Shown piece by piece: positions 49,804 to 59,909 of a DNA stretch of 64,000 nucleotides (its first letter is position 1; the number at the start of each line of letters is the position of its first letter). The notes beneath the pieces are model-generated. The model made no database searches and was not told where the DNA came from. It saw only the letters and a list, made by a program, of their open reading frames with translations. The position numbers and the translations under genes are program-made. Location of the stretch: positions 1 through 64,000 of the IMG/VR virus record IMGVR_UViG_3300034121_000940. One strand, 5' to 3'. This stretch comes from a virus.

Positions 49804-49823
49804 TGTTATTTTGTTTTTAATTG

Positions 49824-50450
49824 TTACACATTATTTATTTCTAAGTCTTTTAATTTTTTATGACTTAGTTGTCCTTTTACCCATCCTTCAGGTATGTCAG
49901 TACTTTTAGGAATCATTTTATTAATAAACCCATTATTAATTTTTATATAACCTTTAGTTGCTGTATTACCTAAATGACTTTTGCTCATTTTAAGTTTTGT
50001 TTCGTCAGACCAAGTTTTTCCTAAATTATTTTTTATACCTCTTCTTTGAAGAGACATTTTAATTTTAGATTCTTCTGACCAAACAGCACCTTTAGCGTAT
50101 GAGTTACCTTTCATTTTAATTCTAAGTTTTTCTTTAACTACATCAGACATATATCCTTTTATCATTCCAGAACCCTGATCTAAAATATTTGCTAATGTTC
50201 CCGATTGATTTAATATTTTACCATAAAGATTAATAAATTCTTTTTCTTTTTCAATTGCTTCTTCTAAAGTTAAATTGTTAAATAAAATATCAATTCTATA
50301 TTGACCATTATTTTTTGCTACTATATTTTTCCAAATTGGGTTTCTTCTTTTATCTAGAGTTCTATTATAAGTATTAGATACTTTACCAATACCTATATAA
50401 AAAGGTTGATTGATATCAAGTCTAACATGTCTATATACAATGTAACTCAT
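49824..50450 (-). mobile_element. Free-standing GIY-YIG-type homing endonuclease with NUMOD3 repeats
   Basis: YIVYRH...PFYIGIG...R...E...N catalytic layout; WSEESKIKMS and WSDETKLKMS NUMOD3-like repeats. Confidence 0.8.
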
Positions 50451-50478
50451 TTATTTTATTTATTTATTAGTTACTAGT

Positions 50479-51753
50479 TTAAAATGTTCTTCTAAAAATA
50501 TTAGTAGAACGTTGTATTGTTTTTTGTGGTTTGTTTGAAGCTCTCTCTTCTCCCGCACCTGTGTTAGTTGAAGAACTAGATAATTTTCTAGACTCTTCCG
50601 TTTTCAAGTTTCTTACTGTTTTTTCTACAGCAGCCTTAGAACCTTGTTCTTTTATTTTTGTTCTATACCCATCAGGATCTTGTAATAACCAAAGTGCTTC
50701 AGCAATTAAACCATGGTTAGGTTCAACAAACTGATACTTCTCTAACAAGTGTCCTAACAAGTTTGTATTCTTTCCTGATATAGAAGGATAATTTGGTTGA
50801 ACTAATCCTGAATATAAAACACTTTGTGTTTTCTTATCCAACTTAACTCCGCCAATTTCTCCTGCTGCAAGTGTATTATATACACTATCAGTATAAGCCT
50901 TAGCTTGTTTTTGTTGTTGTTCTTTTTTATGTTCTTGCTCAGCTAACTGTCTTGCAACAATTTCTTCTTGCATTCTATCTAACTTAGGTTTGAACTGATT
51001 AGCTTTTTGTTCAAGCTTATTCATGTCCGCCCAGTCTCTGATTTCTGATTCAATTTCTTCTGCTGTTCCAAAGTTAGTAGCCCAAAGATATTGTCTAGCA
51101 ATTTCTTCTTGGTCATACTCATTAGAAGGATCTAAAGCAGTAATTTCCTCAACTTGAGCAAGAGTTCTAAAAAGACCTTTTAAATCTTGTCCGCCATCAG
51201 CAACATATTTAGCTGCAATCTGAAGTTCTTCTGGAAGTGCATTAAAGAATTCTTTAGGAACATTTTGTTTAATCTTTTCTTCTCTTTCTTGGAAGTTAGC
51301 TTCAAACAATTCTCTGAAGTCTTTAGTAGTATACTCTTCTAATGGTTTATCATCATCAAAAGGAATAAGTGTACCTTCTTCAATCATCTTCTGAGCTAAA
51401 TCATAAAGACCATCTTTATCTACTTTAGGTCTTCCTGTTTTAGATCCTCCTGCTTCTTCATTTTGAGTTATTAAATTATCTAACTCAGAAATAGTTTCTT
51501 CAACTAAAGCTTTGTCTTCAGCAGCTTGAGCTTTTTCCTCAGCTGTAGCAGACGGTGTGTCAAGGAACGATGTGTCAATGTTTTCTTTACTGAACATTGT
51601 TTTTGGTTTATCTTCTTCAGCTTTTCCATCTTCTGGAATCATTACATTAGCTGCACCTGGATTACCAAATAGTTCATCAATGTTAACATCAACTTGCTCT
51701 ACCGTTGTAGAATCTTGAATTTGATCTTCAAGATTAGTTGCTTCTTTGTTCAT
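50479..51753 (-). CDS. Acidic putative capsid scaffolding/assembly protein
   Basis: Acidic, coiled-coil protein between portal and capsid genes; basic C-terminal tip; AAACCAACAA leader. Confidence 0.6.
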   Translation of the reverse strand: MNKEATNLEDQIQDSTTVEQVDVNIDELFGNPGAANVMIPEDGKAEEDKPKTMFSKENIDTSFLDTPSATAEEKAQAAEDKALVEETISELDNLITQNEEAGGSKTGRPKVDKDGLYDLAQKMIEEGTLIPFDDDKPLEEYTTKDFRELFEANFQEREEKIKQNVPKEFFNALPEELQIAAKYVADGGQDLKGLFRTLAQVEEITALDPSNEYDQEEIARQYLWATNFGTAEEIESEIRDWADMNKLEQKANQFKPKLDRMQEEIVARQLAEQEHKKEQQQKQAKAYTDSVYNTLAAGEIGGVKLDKKTQSVLYSGLVQPNYPSISGKNTNLLGHLLEKYQFVEPNHGLIAEALWLLQDPDGYRTKIKEQGSKAAVEKTVRNLKTEESRKLSSSSTNTGAGEERASNKPQKTIQRSTNIFRRTF

Positions 51754-51776
51754 GTTGTTGGTTTTAGTTTATAATT

Positions 51777-51805
51777 TAATATAAGCAATAAACTTGAAAA
51801 ATTTA
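51777..51805 (-). promoter_or_regulatory. Putative phage promoter (TATATTA) with palindrome TAAAC-N7-ATTTA
   Basis: TATATTA revcomp at 51777-51783; palindrome at 51789-51805. Confidence 0.55.
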
Positions 51806-51843
51806 AATAGACTTAAAAATTTTTGTGCACTATATAGCTAAGA

Positions 51844-54573
51844 CTACTCTTTTTTATCATATTTATTTTTATTTTCTCTAGCAATTGCCAGCTGTTTATC
51901 TGCTATTTCTTTTTGTGCTTGTATTTTTTCTCTTTCAATTTGAGCTTTAGTGGAATCATTATTCATTCTGTTTACTTCCTTTTCTCTTTGAAGATTCATT
52001 TGATCTTGGAATTGCTCAGAATTTTTAATCTCTTTCATAGCATCTAAGTAGTCAGATTGTTTGTTCTCATTTAAATCTACCATAGATCCCATACCAGCAG
52101 CTCTAATTTCAGCAACAAGAATATCTCTTTGTCTATTTTTTTCATCTCTTAACTCTTGAGCATCAAGTTCCATTTTCTTTTGTTTTTCCTGAGACTCAAT
52201 TTGTTGTTGTTGCATTTGTTGTTGTTGCTGTTGTTCTTCTTGTTTTTGTTTGTTTTGTTTTTCTTCAGCAGCTTTAAGAGTATTATTAACTTCAGATACT
52301 GTATCTGCTTGTACAAGTTTTCCTAAATCATATATTGTAGCACCAGTAGTATTGTTTGTCAGAGCCATTTGTTTTAATTGCTCTAATACTGCTCTATGGT
52401 TTGCTGTTGTACTACAGAATATATTAAGATCTCTCATTAATAAATCTGTACCATTTATTTCAAAGTTTACTTTCTCATCATTAGATGTCATGTAGGAAAG
52501 TCTTGCGGACGGTTTTGTTGAATGGTAGTACTGTGCAAGATCTGTTCTCATTGTATGCACGCGCGGCATTAAGTAATCACAGTGTTGAATAAAGAAAACT
52601 TCTGTCTGAGCATAAGATGCTGATGCAGCTTGCTCAACTCCAGTAGCAGTCATTTGTGATAACTGTTGACCCATTCTTTGTGGATTAATTCCAATTACAT
52701 CATAAGCTTGTTGCTTAAAGTGCTCAGCAAGTTTAATCCTTGACATTAACCTGTTAGTCTGTTCTAGATCTAATTTTTGGAAATGTTGAAAGCTTAATGG
52801 GTTTTCTGTATTAGTGATAGAAGTATCTAACGGTAACATTTGGAAATTCTTCATTGCCACATATGCCTTAGATAAATTGTTTTTACCCCAGTCTTCACCC
52901 ATTGAGTGTCTTGGTAATGCATTTTGATCAAGTAAAATTACTGTTCCTAATTCATCTACTAAGATATCTGCTATCTGATTATTTACAATGTTGTATCCAA
53001 TTTGATATGGTTTCATCAAATCAATCAAAGCTGTTGACTTAGTATTTCTATCTGAGAATACAGCTCCTTCTACAGGAAGTTTACAACCATACAAACTATT
53101 ATCTCCTTTAAATTGGAATCTTAATGGACCAATATGATTCTTATCTACACCAATATAAATTGGAGAGAATCCTCCAGGATTATTCATACCCCAGAATGAT
53201 GGAATATTTGGTCCAATTTTTACACCACCCCAAACTTCATTAATCCAGATCCAGTCAATGTGCTCTCCATATACAAGATTCTCTTTTGTTTTATTCTTAA
53301 ATAATCTTGTATCATAAATTGGATTGTCTGTAATCTTATAGTCTTCAGTTATTATTTCATTAATAACTTCACCATTATCTTTTACTTTAGTCAAGTGTCC
53401 AACTTTTCTTTGAGACTTCCAGTAACCTGTAGTTACTCTTAGTAAGTAAGCTGTACCTTGATCATAGTAATCCTCACCTTCAGATAGTATTTGATTGATT
53501 ATATCTCCACCATCATATACAGATCCAGCCATCATAGTGGTATACTGTCTGTATGCTAATGAAGGCATGTTAGTATTCCACTCATGTGACTTAGTTGCAT
53601 CATAGAAAGTACCATCATTTTGTCCACCAATTGCATAACCTGCAGATCTGATTGGGTATATTGCTTCTAATGCTTCATGTTGCTCATCTGTAAGAAGGTA
53701 TCCGTACTTATCAATTACATCAGCAACAGTTAACATATCTACTTTACCAACCCAGTTACCTTGTGAAATGTATCTAGCATCTGGAGACTTGTGATAAAAA
53801 GTAACAGGCGGATTCCATAATTCTACATCATAATCATCTTCCATCATGCGGAAATGCCAGAACTCTCTATCTGTAATAAGCATGTCACGGAAACCTCTTT
53901 CTTCTAATTCATCCATGTGGAATCTTTCAACATCCACTTTATGTTGATGAGAAGCCCATTGTTCTACAAGTGACTTATAATCTTTCTTAAAAAAAGATTC
54001 AATCTGAGGTAATGACTTTAAATTATCTGGAGCTAATTGTTGTTGTGCTTCTGGAGATTCAGGATCTAAACCTTGTTCCATTAATGCAGCTTGTATTTGC
54101 ACACTTGCTTCTGACATTAATGTTTCTTCAACCATCTTTCTTTTCTGTTCCATCATCTCATTATATGAGAATTCATCAACAGCTCTATAAGTAAGTTTGG
54201 TAGATCTTTTAGCAAATTCAGCTACAAGAACATTAATAACATTTGGAATAATAGGATAAAACTTTAATTCTAATGCAGACCAGTCTTCTCTAGTTAATAC
54301 ATCAACAATGTCTCTCATCTCATTGTTTTCTTCAACAATATAATCTGACTTATCAATTATACCTTTAGCCAGCTTATAATTTTTCATTAATCTGCGAGCA
54401 TTTCTGCGGATTTGTTTTAAACCATTCCACTCTAACCAGTCAAGATTCCAAGCCGCCCACTCTTCATCTTTTTCTTTTTTAGGAATAAATTGCAATGGTT
54501 GGGTAATACTACCCATCCTGTTATGTGATGCCTTTGCTCCCTTTTTTAATTGTAGTGCGTTATATACTTGCAT
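51844..54573 (-). CDS. Portal protein
   Basis: Follows terminase; YPIIPNVINVLVAEF, LIDLMKPYQIGYNIV, GINPQRMGQ...ATGV motifs; long C-terminal Q-rich coiled-coil barrel. Confidence 0.85.
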   Translation of the reverse strand: MQVYNALQLKKGAKASHNRMGSITQPLQFIPKKEKDEEWAAWNLDWLEWNGLKQIRRNARRLMKNYKLAKGIIDKSDYIVEENNEMRDIVDVLTREDWSALELKFYPIIPNVINVLVAEFAKRSTKLTYRAVDEFSYNEMMEQKRKMVEETLMSEASVQIQAALMEQGLDPESPEAQQQLAPDNLKSLPQIESFFKKDYKSLVEQWASHQHKVDVERFHMDELEERGFRDMLITDREFWHFRMMEDDYDVELWNPPVTFYHKSPDARYISQGNWVGKVDMLTVADVIDKYGYLLTDEQHEALEAIYPIRSAGYAIGGQNDGTFYDATKSHEWNTNMPSLAYRQYTTMMAGSVYDGGDIINQILSEGEDYYDQGTAYLLRVTTGYWKSQRKVGHLTKVKDNGEVINEIITEDYKITDNPIYDTRLFKNKTKENLVYGEHIDWIWINEVWGGVKIGPNIPSFWGMNNPGGFSPIYIGVDKNHIGPLRFQFKGDNSLYGCKLPVEGAVFSDRNTKSTALIDLMKPYQIGYNIVNNQIADILVDELGTVILLDQNALPRHSMGEDWGKNNLSKAYVAMKNFQMLPLDTSITNTENPLSFQHFQKLDLEQTNRLMSRIKLAEHFKQQAYDVIGINPQRMGQQLSQMTATGVEQAASASYAQTEVFFIQHCDYLMPRVHTMRTDLAQYYHSTKPSARLSYMTSNDEKVNFEINGTDLLMRDLNIFCSTTANHRAVLEQLKQMALTNNTTGATIYDLGKLVQADTVSEVNNTLKAAEEKQNKQKQEEQQQQQQMQQQQIESQEKQKKMELDAQELRDEKNRQRDILVAEIRAAGMGSMVDLNENKQSDYLDAMKEIKNSEQFQDQMNLQREKEVNRMNNDSTKAQIEREKIQAQKEIADKQLAIARENKNKYDKKE

Positions 54574-54575
54574 AA

Positions 54576-56789
54576 CTATCTTATATTTTTAAATGGAGAT
54601 CTTTTTACATTTTGTCCTCCTGATGAACTACCTGAAGTCCTCCCCATATGACGGAAAGGACTACTGTTTAATTTAAACAAATTTTCTGACTTCTGCAAGT
54701 TTTTGGCTGCTTCATCCTTGATTACGCGCTTAGTATACCCTCTATTGGAGTGTTGTATTTTCATAAATGCTACAAGAGCACAGAATGATACAAGTCTATC
54801 CACGTTGACACCATCAGCATAAGCAAACATTTCTTTGATTAACATGATGTCTGGGATTCTCTCAATACCATATTTTGTTCTTACAACAGTACCATCAGTT
54901 TTTAATTCTTGATCTAATTCTTCTTTGGTATACTCAATAGCATAACTTAATAAATGTGACTTAAACAAAGTACCTGTATTCTTCCAACCATACTCTTGAA
55001 ATACTGAGTTATTAGATCCTAAGTCTTTTAAAAACATTATTTGACTTTTTGGTACCAAGTACTTCTGCTTTTTCCTAGAGATCATGTACTGAATAAATAA
55101 AGAAATGTTATTCTCAATTACCGTCCATGCATTATACAGTTCAATAATGTGCTCTAACATCTTATGTGTTTTGTTGATATCATCATATCTACCACACCAT
55201 GCAGCTACTATTTTATCTGGTTCTATGTATGTCTCAGTTTCAAATCCTGTAACCTTAGTGACTTCTACCGGAGCTTTCATCACATAGATAGAACATAAGG
55301 ATTCTGATGTTGTTGTTTTACCCTCTGCTACGGGGTCAATAGATGCATAGTAAGTACCAAATGATGGATTCTCTATTGGTCTCTCCCATACTACAAGAAC
55401 TCCTGTTTTATCTTCTGTCTTCTTAGATACAGGAAATTCTGTTATAGGTCTTCTATTAGAATGCTCTAATCTTATCTTACCTTCAGCATCTGCTGTTATA
55501 TCTAAGTATTCAGGTGCATACTCTTTGTCTTCTATTCTTCTCTGTTGTGCTGTAAGAAGGTGAGTCGGGAACTTAGATACAGTCCTGTGGTCAAAAGCCT
55601 CCTTGATATTTCTTGGATGCTGAGAAATCCTTAACTGATATGTCTCAGGATCTAATTCTTTTTTCCATGCTTCAAACTGATCATCTAAAGCTTGTAATGC
55701 TTCTTCTACTTTAGAGTTACCATTATGATCTATATATGGTGGCATAGACCATTGCTCAGGTATAAATAAACCTGACACACCTGGAGTACCTTTATCATCT
55801 AAAAGAGCTGTCTCTACTGTGTATATATCATTAGCTACAGGGTCCATAATCATCTTTCTCAATGGTTCACACTGAGATAAATCCCCCACGGATCCTGCCG
55901 CAATAAACATACCTGTAGTAATTAAACCAGATCTCATGGCTGGACGCATATACTCATATGTGCTATCCATCCTAGGAGCAATCCCAGCCTCCTCATGAAA
56001 GAAGTATTTAACCGGACCCCCTACACCATTTGTCGGATCTTTCTCAAATGACATACCTTGAATAGTACCTTTGAGACCAACTTCTGTTTTTCTATCACCT
56101 CTTCTTACCTCAATTTTCTGTTGCCACATCATAACCTTGTCTGGTGACATAGGTCTATACCATGCTGTGTGCTCATTAAGAAAAGCTGCATATTCTTGAA
56201 GAAATTTCCAAGAACCTTTCTCATTGATATAATCTTTAAGACTGGCACCAATCTTTAGAGTAACCCCTTCTTCAAACCATTGCTGATTAATCAGCTTTGC
56301 CATATGGTAATATGAAGATGCTATCTGTCTTTTCTTTAGAATAGCTACATGCTTATAATTTAATTCTGCTAGTATTTCATATAGTGCCATATGATACTGT
56401 GCATCCCGGATATCAGCAAAACCAAACTTCTGAATCTCTTTGTTAAAGATAGGTAAGAAGTTTAACCACATGTAGTAATCCCTGGTCATATACCAAAATT
56501 TACCATTTTCTTTTATTAAGAGCCCTCTTCTACATTTAGCTTTTTGGTCATCCCAATAACTTATAAAATCTTTAGATTTAAAAGGGGCTACACAATAAAC
56601 TTTATCTCTGTTGAACTTACTAGATTCCTGAGTAAACAACATTGTTGTAGTGTCATTGAATTCATACTTACCTGGTTCTTTAAAAACATTAGTAAGTAAA
56701 AATTGAGCAAACTCTTCTCTTGAGTTAAAATCAGTAACAGTCCATGTTCCGTTATCCCAAGTTGGTATGTCTTGATATATTTCTTTCAT
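54576..56789 (-). CDS. terL: Terminase large subunit
   Basis: LKKRQIASS (Walker A variant), FFHEEAG (Walker B), YASIDPV and NVDRLVS (RNase H-like nuclease). Confidence 0.9.
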   Translation of the reverse strand: MKEIYQDIPTWDNGTWTVTDFNSREEFAQFLLTNVFKEPGKYEFNDTTTMLFTQESSKFNRDKVYCVAPFKSKDFISYWDDQKAKCRRGLLIKENGKFWYMTRDYYMWLNFLPIFNKEIQKFGFADIRDAQYHMALYEILAELNYKHVAILKKRQIASSYYHMAKLINQQWFEEGVTLKIGASLKDYINEKGSWKFLQEYAAFLNEHTAWYRPMSPDKVMMWQQKIEVRRGDRKTEVGLKGTIQGMSFEKDPTNGVGGPVKYFFHEEAGIAPRMDSTYEYMRPAMRSGLITTGMFIAAGSVGDLSQCEPLRKMIMDPVANDIYTVETALLDDKGTPGVSGLFIPEQWSMPPYIDHNGNSKVEEALQALDDQFEAWKKELDPETYQLRISQHPRNIKEAFDHRTVSKFPTHLLTAQQRRIEDKEYAPEYLDITADAEGKIRLEHSNRRPITEFPVSKKTEDKTGVLVVWERPIENPSFGTYYASIDPVAEGKTTTSESLCSIYVMKAPVEVTKVTGFETETYIEPDKIVAAWCGRYDDINKTHKMLEHIIELYNAWTVIENNISLFIQYMISRKKQKYLVPKSQIMFLKDLGSNNSVFQEYGWKNTGTLFKSHLLSYAIEYTKEELDQELKTDGTVVRTKYGIERIPDIMLIKEMFAYADGVNVDRLVSFCALVAFMKIQHSNRGYTKRVIKDEAAKNLQKSENLFKLNSSPFRHMGRTSGSSSGGQNVKRSPFKNIR

Positions 56790-56799
56790 TATTAATTAA

Positions 56800-57315
56800 T
56801 TAACTATCATATGATAAACCAATTCCTCCGCGCACTTTGCTGGATTGTTCATCTTGTAAGTCTTTGTATACACCTTTAAATGATGCTCTAATCTGATCAA
56901 AGTTTTTTGCTGCAGCAATAAGAGAGTTTATGTTACCATCTCTACCAGCAGTAATTTGTGTATTCTCCATATATCTAGCTAATCTATCTAACATAGATGC
57001 CATACCTTTGTATGCTCTAGATGTTGGAGTTTCATACATTCTTTGACAGAATATTAAAGCTATTCTTATATCTTCATCTTCAGTAGAAAACTCTGCTTCT
57101 ATTTCTTGAAGTATAATAGATTCTTTATCTATTTCTGGTGTATTAAAAAATGGATTCATATCCGGATTTGGACATGTCATGTAAAACAAATACTGGTATA
57201 TCTTTAAGTGATCATCTGGATAGTTATCCATAATATCTTTTAAAGCTTTCAGTGTATAGCAATGTTCAGTAGGTATCACAGTACCATTCTGAACATCAAA
57301 CAATCTTACTATCAT
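56800..57315 (-). CDS. Conserved protein upstream of terL (candidate terminase small subunit)
   Basis: 171 aa, helical, C-terminal KVRGG; directly upstream of terL. Confidence 0.45.
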   Translation of the reverse strand: MIVRLFDVQNGTVIPTEHCYTLKALKDIMDNYPDDHLKIYQYLFYMTCPNPDMNPFFNTPEIDKESIILQEIEAEFSTEDEDIRIALIFCQRMYETPTSRAYKGMASMLDRLARYMENTQITAGRDGNINSLIAAAKNFDQIRASFKGVYKDLQDEQSSKVRGGIGLSYDS

Positions 57316-58151
57316 TTCTTTTTAATTTTAATTTTATTATCCTTAATGTAATGCATTATTGCATTTACTTCATCCACTAAATATGGGACTGCTATAGGAA
57401 TAACTTCTTTCACAACTGGTTCTCCTGTGTGGTCTCTCTTGACAACTGGATATCCATATTCATCTTCAGATTCTATTTCAAATGTAACATGATGTATAAA
57501 CATTCTTCCAGGTTTTAATTTTGGATTATGTTTAAGCATAATGTACATGTAAATACTTAATTGTATTGCATAATGGTTAAAGTTACAGTCATCTAAACTA
57601 TCTATTGGAAACATCAGTTTGTCTGACATCCCTTCCCAATTTACAAAAGATTCTGTTTTAATCTCCTTATTGGTCTTATAATCTATGATATTTATTTTAC
57701 CATTTACTACTTCAACTAAATCTGATTGACCACAAATACCTGCAGATTTAAGATACACCATGTGCTCAGGATACACACCTTCTTCAAGTTTTTGTGAAGG
57801 AGCCATTTTTATACCACTCTCAAGTAAAGGTACAGGAGCTATAATAGGAACTGTCTTACCCTCTCTTTCTATAGAAGCAAGCGCACATAAATCAGCTTCT
57901 CTTTGATTATGATAATATGTACCAAGAGTTACAGCTCTATCAGCCTCAGCTTCCCAAATTTCCTGAATTTTCTTTGGATCAATACCAAACCATTTAGATC
58001 TTTTATTCTTGGAAACTTTTTCAGCAATCTTTTTTGCTTCAAATGGTTTCTTAAAATGGGATACTAATGTTGTTACACTGATCCAATCAATGTTATCTTC
58101 AGCTGCTAAGCTTTTATAACTGTGATCTGTTGCATTAAAGTATATGCTCAT
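57312..58151 (-). CDS. PD-(D/E)xK (RecB/Cas4-like) nuclease
   Basis: SVTT, GTYYH, E...GQSDLV...IIDYKTN and YAIQLSIY motifs; start likely MSIYF at 58151. Confidence 0.85.
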   Translation of the reverse strand: MSIYFNATDHSYKSLAAEDNIDWISVTTLVSHFKKPFEAKKIAEKVSKNKRSKWFGIDPKKIQEIWEAEADRAVTLGTYYHNQREADLCALASIEREGKTVPIIAPVPLLESGIKMAPSQKLEEGVYPEHMVYLKSAGICGQSDLVEVVNGKINIIDYKTNKEIKTESFVNWEGMSDKLMFPIDSLDDCNFNHYAIQLSIYMYIMLKHNPKLKPGRMFIHHVTFEIESEDEYGYPVVKRDHTGEPVVKEVIPIAVPYLVDEVNAIMHYIKDNKIKIKKK

Positions 58152-58482
58152 AACCTTCATTTTTTAATATAGTAGCTGCTAATTCTCTTGATGCTTCATC
58201 ATTTGACTCAATCATGTTTAGTATATTAACAGTTTCTTCTCTTGTAAACTTACCTTCTAATACTAGTATTTTAAGAAACATAATAAGATTATTTTTCTTT
58301 AAAGATCTTATAAGTGCCACTGTTATATCCTCCGTTCCTGAATCATCCATGATTGATAAAGGAGCAGTCATCATTGATGAAGTATCAATAGAGTTCCAAG
58401 TAGCACCACCACTGTTACTAGTAATAATACTAGATGTTATATCAGATGCAATTGATATTGGTTGGTTAAAAGGATGTGACAT
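58135..58482 (-). CDS. Hypothetical protein
   Basis: Fills the gap in a tightly packed operon; S/T-rich N-terminus. Confidence 0.55.
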   Translation of the reverse strand: MSHPFNQPISIASDITSSIITSNSGGATWNSIDTSSMMTAPLSIMDDSGTEDITVALIRSLKKNNLIMFLKILVLEGKFTREETVNILNMIESNDEASRELAATILKNEGYEHIL

Positions 58483-58483
58483 A

Positions 58484-58789
58484 TTATTTAAGATTATCTA
58501 GTTTATCTTCATCTTCTTCAGTAACTACAGCATTCCATTTTTCTTTTGGACACTCTGATGATAATGCTCTTGTTTTAAATTTAAAAGCACAACCACAAAT
58601 ACTGCAACAAGGTTGAGAACCTGTAAGTGCACAAGATTTTCCTACTTCATCTTTAAATTCACATGTATTACATACTGCTAATCTTTCTGCAGCAATCTCT
58701 TCAACAAATTCATCTCTTATTATTGAATTTGTAATACCTTCCATAATCTGTTTTCTATTCTTCCAGATTTCCTTTAGACTTGGTTTCAT
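58484..58789 (-). CDS. Small Cys-rich Zn-finger-like protein (DUF6171-like)
   Basis: RLAVCNTC...CSICGC...K...CPKEKW. Confidence 0.65.
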   Translation of the reverse strand: MKPSLKEIWKNRKQIMEGITNSIIRDEFVEEIAAERLAVCNTCEFKDEVGKSCALTGSQPCCSICGCAFKFKTRALSSECPKEKWNAVVTEEDEDKLDNLK

Positions 58790-59144
58790 ATTTAGATTGT
58801 TTAAAGTTGGTTTTTCTTTCTTCTTCTTTAGTAATCATTTCATGCAAATTCTTCATTGCTTCAAGTTTTGCTTCCAAAACTTTCTTGTGATGATAAGCAG
58901 CAAAGGTAGATGTATCATGTGTTACTAATTTTGTTTCTATGGTTTCTATACCTTTTTTAACAGCATATGGTTTAGCAGCAAACTGTCCTAAACCATCTAC
59001 GTTAATTCTAGGATGAGCAAGACTTGACAGTTTTTTTCTTAATGTTTTATAAACATGTTCCATCAAATCTTCTACTAAGTTTTGATCAACTTCTAATTCC
59101 TCAGAAATTGTCTTATATAAGTTGACTGCTTTCTTGGGATTCAT
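58755..59144 (-). CDS. HU/IHF-like DNA-binding protein
   Basis: LYKTISEELEVDQNLVEDLMEHVYKTLRKKL...INVDGLGQF, an HU-like signature. Confidence 0.6.
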   Translation of the reverse strand: MNPKKAVNLYKTISEELEVDQNLVEDLMEHVYKTLRKKLSSLAHPRINVDGLGQFAAKPYAVKKGIETIETKLVTHDTSTFAAYHHKKVLEAKLEAMKNLHEMITKEEERKTNFKQSKYETKSKGNLEE

Positions 59145-59502
59145 AGCCTAATAATTTATAGTCAAGTAATATTGTTCCTGCTGTTTGAATTTTCAATGTT
59201 GGATTAAGCATTACTTGTTTTTTATTATTTGGGTCCTTTACAACTAATCCATTTTTCTCAGCTTTGTTTACACAGTTTCTTACAGTTTGTGGAGACTTAA
59301 ATATCCACTCTTCTTCTGCAGAAGCATCATAACAAAAATGAGTTAGTTCTATTGGCTGATTAAAACTTAATAGTGTCAAACAGTTTAAATCAGATTCACT
59401 CATTACTATACGGTTAATATAGCAATGAGTTAAGATCTGAAATTTAACCACATCCCATTTAGGCATTCTAACCTTTTTCTGAACTTGGTTAACTGTTGCC
59501 AT
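59113..59502 (-). CDS. Putative winged-helix DNA-binding protein
   Basis: SESDLNCL...SPQTVRNCVNKAEKNGLVVK...VMLNP, a wHTH-like pattern. Confidence 0.5.
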   Translation of the reverse strand: MATVNQVQKKVRMPKWDVVKFQILTHCYINRIVMSESDLNCLTLLSFNQPIELTHFCYDASAEEEWIFKSPQTVRNCVNKAEKNGLVVKDPNNKKQVMLNPTLKIQTAGTILLDYKLLGYESQESSQLI

Positions 59503-59504
59503 TC

Positions 59505-59786
59505 TTATGATTTTTTAAGTTTTCTTTCTGCTGTAGGAGCTGGTGTTTCTTCATCCTCTTCACGGTCACTTGTGTCTTGCTCTTGTTGTGCCGCCATGAT
59601 GTTAGCCCATTGCATTTGAATTGTTACTCTCTTAAATCTAGCTTCCTCAATTTCTGTTAGTAACTTCTCATACTTAGATTGTGCTTCCAAATAAGGTACA
59701 GACTCTTCATAGAAAGCTTTCATTTCTTCCTTTCTCTGAATTAATTCTTCCTGAGTTAATTCTCTTTCATCTGTTACATTTTCCAT
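59505..59786 (-). CDS. Acidic coiled-coil hypothetical protein
   Basis: First gene of the terminase operon; 93 aa. Confidence 0.65.
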   Translation of the reverse strand: MENVTDERELTQEELIQRKEEMKAFYEESVPYLEAQSKYEKLLTEIEEARFKRVTIQMQWANIMAAQQEQDTSDREEDEETPAPTAERKLKKS

Positions 59787-59790
59787 TTTT

Positions 59791-59845
59791 TATATTTTTA
59801 AAGTTTAAACAAAAATACTAATAAAGTTTAAATTTTAAATATTTA
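59791..59845 (-). promoter_or_regulatory. Promoter (TATTTTTG -7 box at 59810-59817) flanked by TAAAY-N7-RTTTA-like palindromes
   Basis: TAAAT-TTTAAAT-ATTTA at 59829-59845; near-match at 59791-59807. Confidence 0.5.
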
Positions 59846-59851
59846 AAAACT

Positions 59852-59882
59852 AAAAAATCCAGATGTATAAACACCTGGATTA
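59852..59882 (-). terminator. Intrinsic terminator after the lysis cassette
   Basis: AUCCAGGUGU-UUAU-ACAUCUGGAU followed by UUUUU. Confidence 0.8.
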
Positions 59883-59909
59883 TTGTAACCACCATTACGG
59901 TAATGAGCA

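Noticed and set aside
52195-52262. (TTG)n microsatellite-like run
   Set aside because: Encodes the poly-Gln coiled coil of the portal barrel; not a contingency locus or array.
47278-56789. Group I introns or inteins in capsid, portal or terminase genes
   Set aside because: All three ORFs appear full length and uninterrupted, with no intein-like insertions seen; spacers around the endonuclease genes are too short for ribozyme cores.
59883-59909. Second possible sRNA seed (UGGUGGUU) and CATTAC-G-GTAATG palindrome before the lysis terminator
   Set aside because: Only a mismatched complement to the leader motif, and a 1-nt loop cannot form a plausible hairpin.
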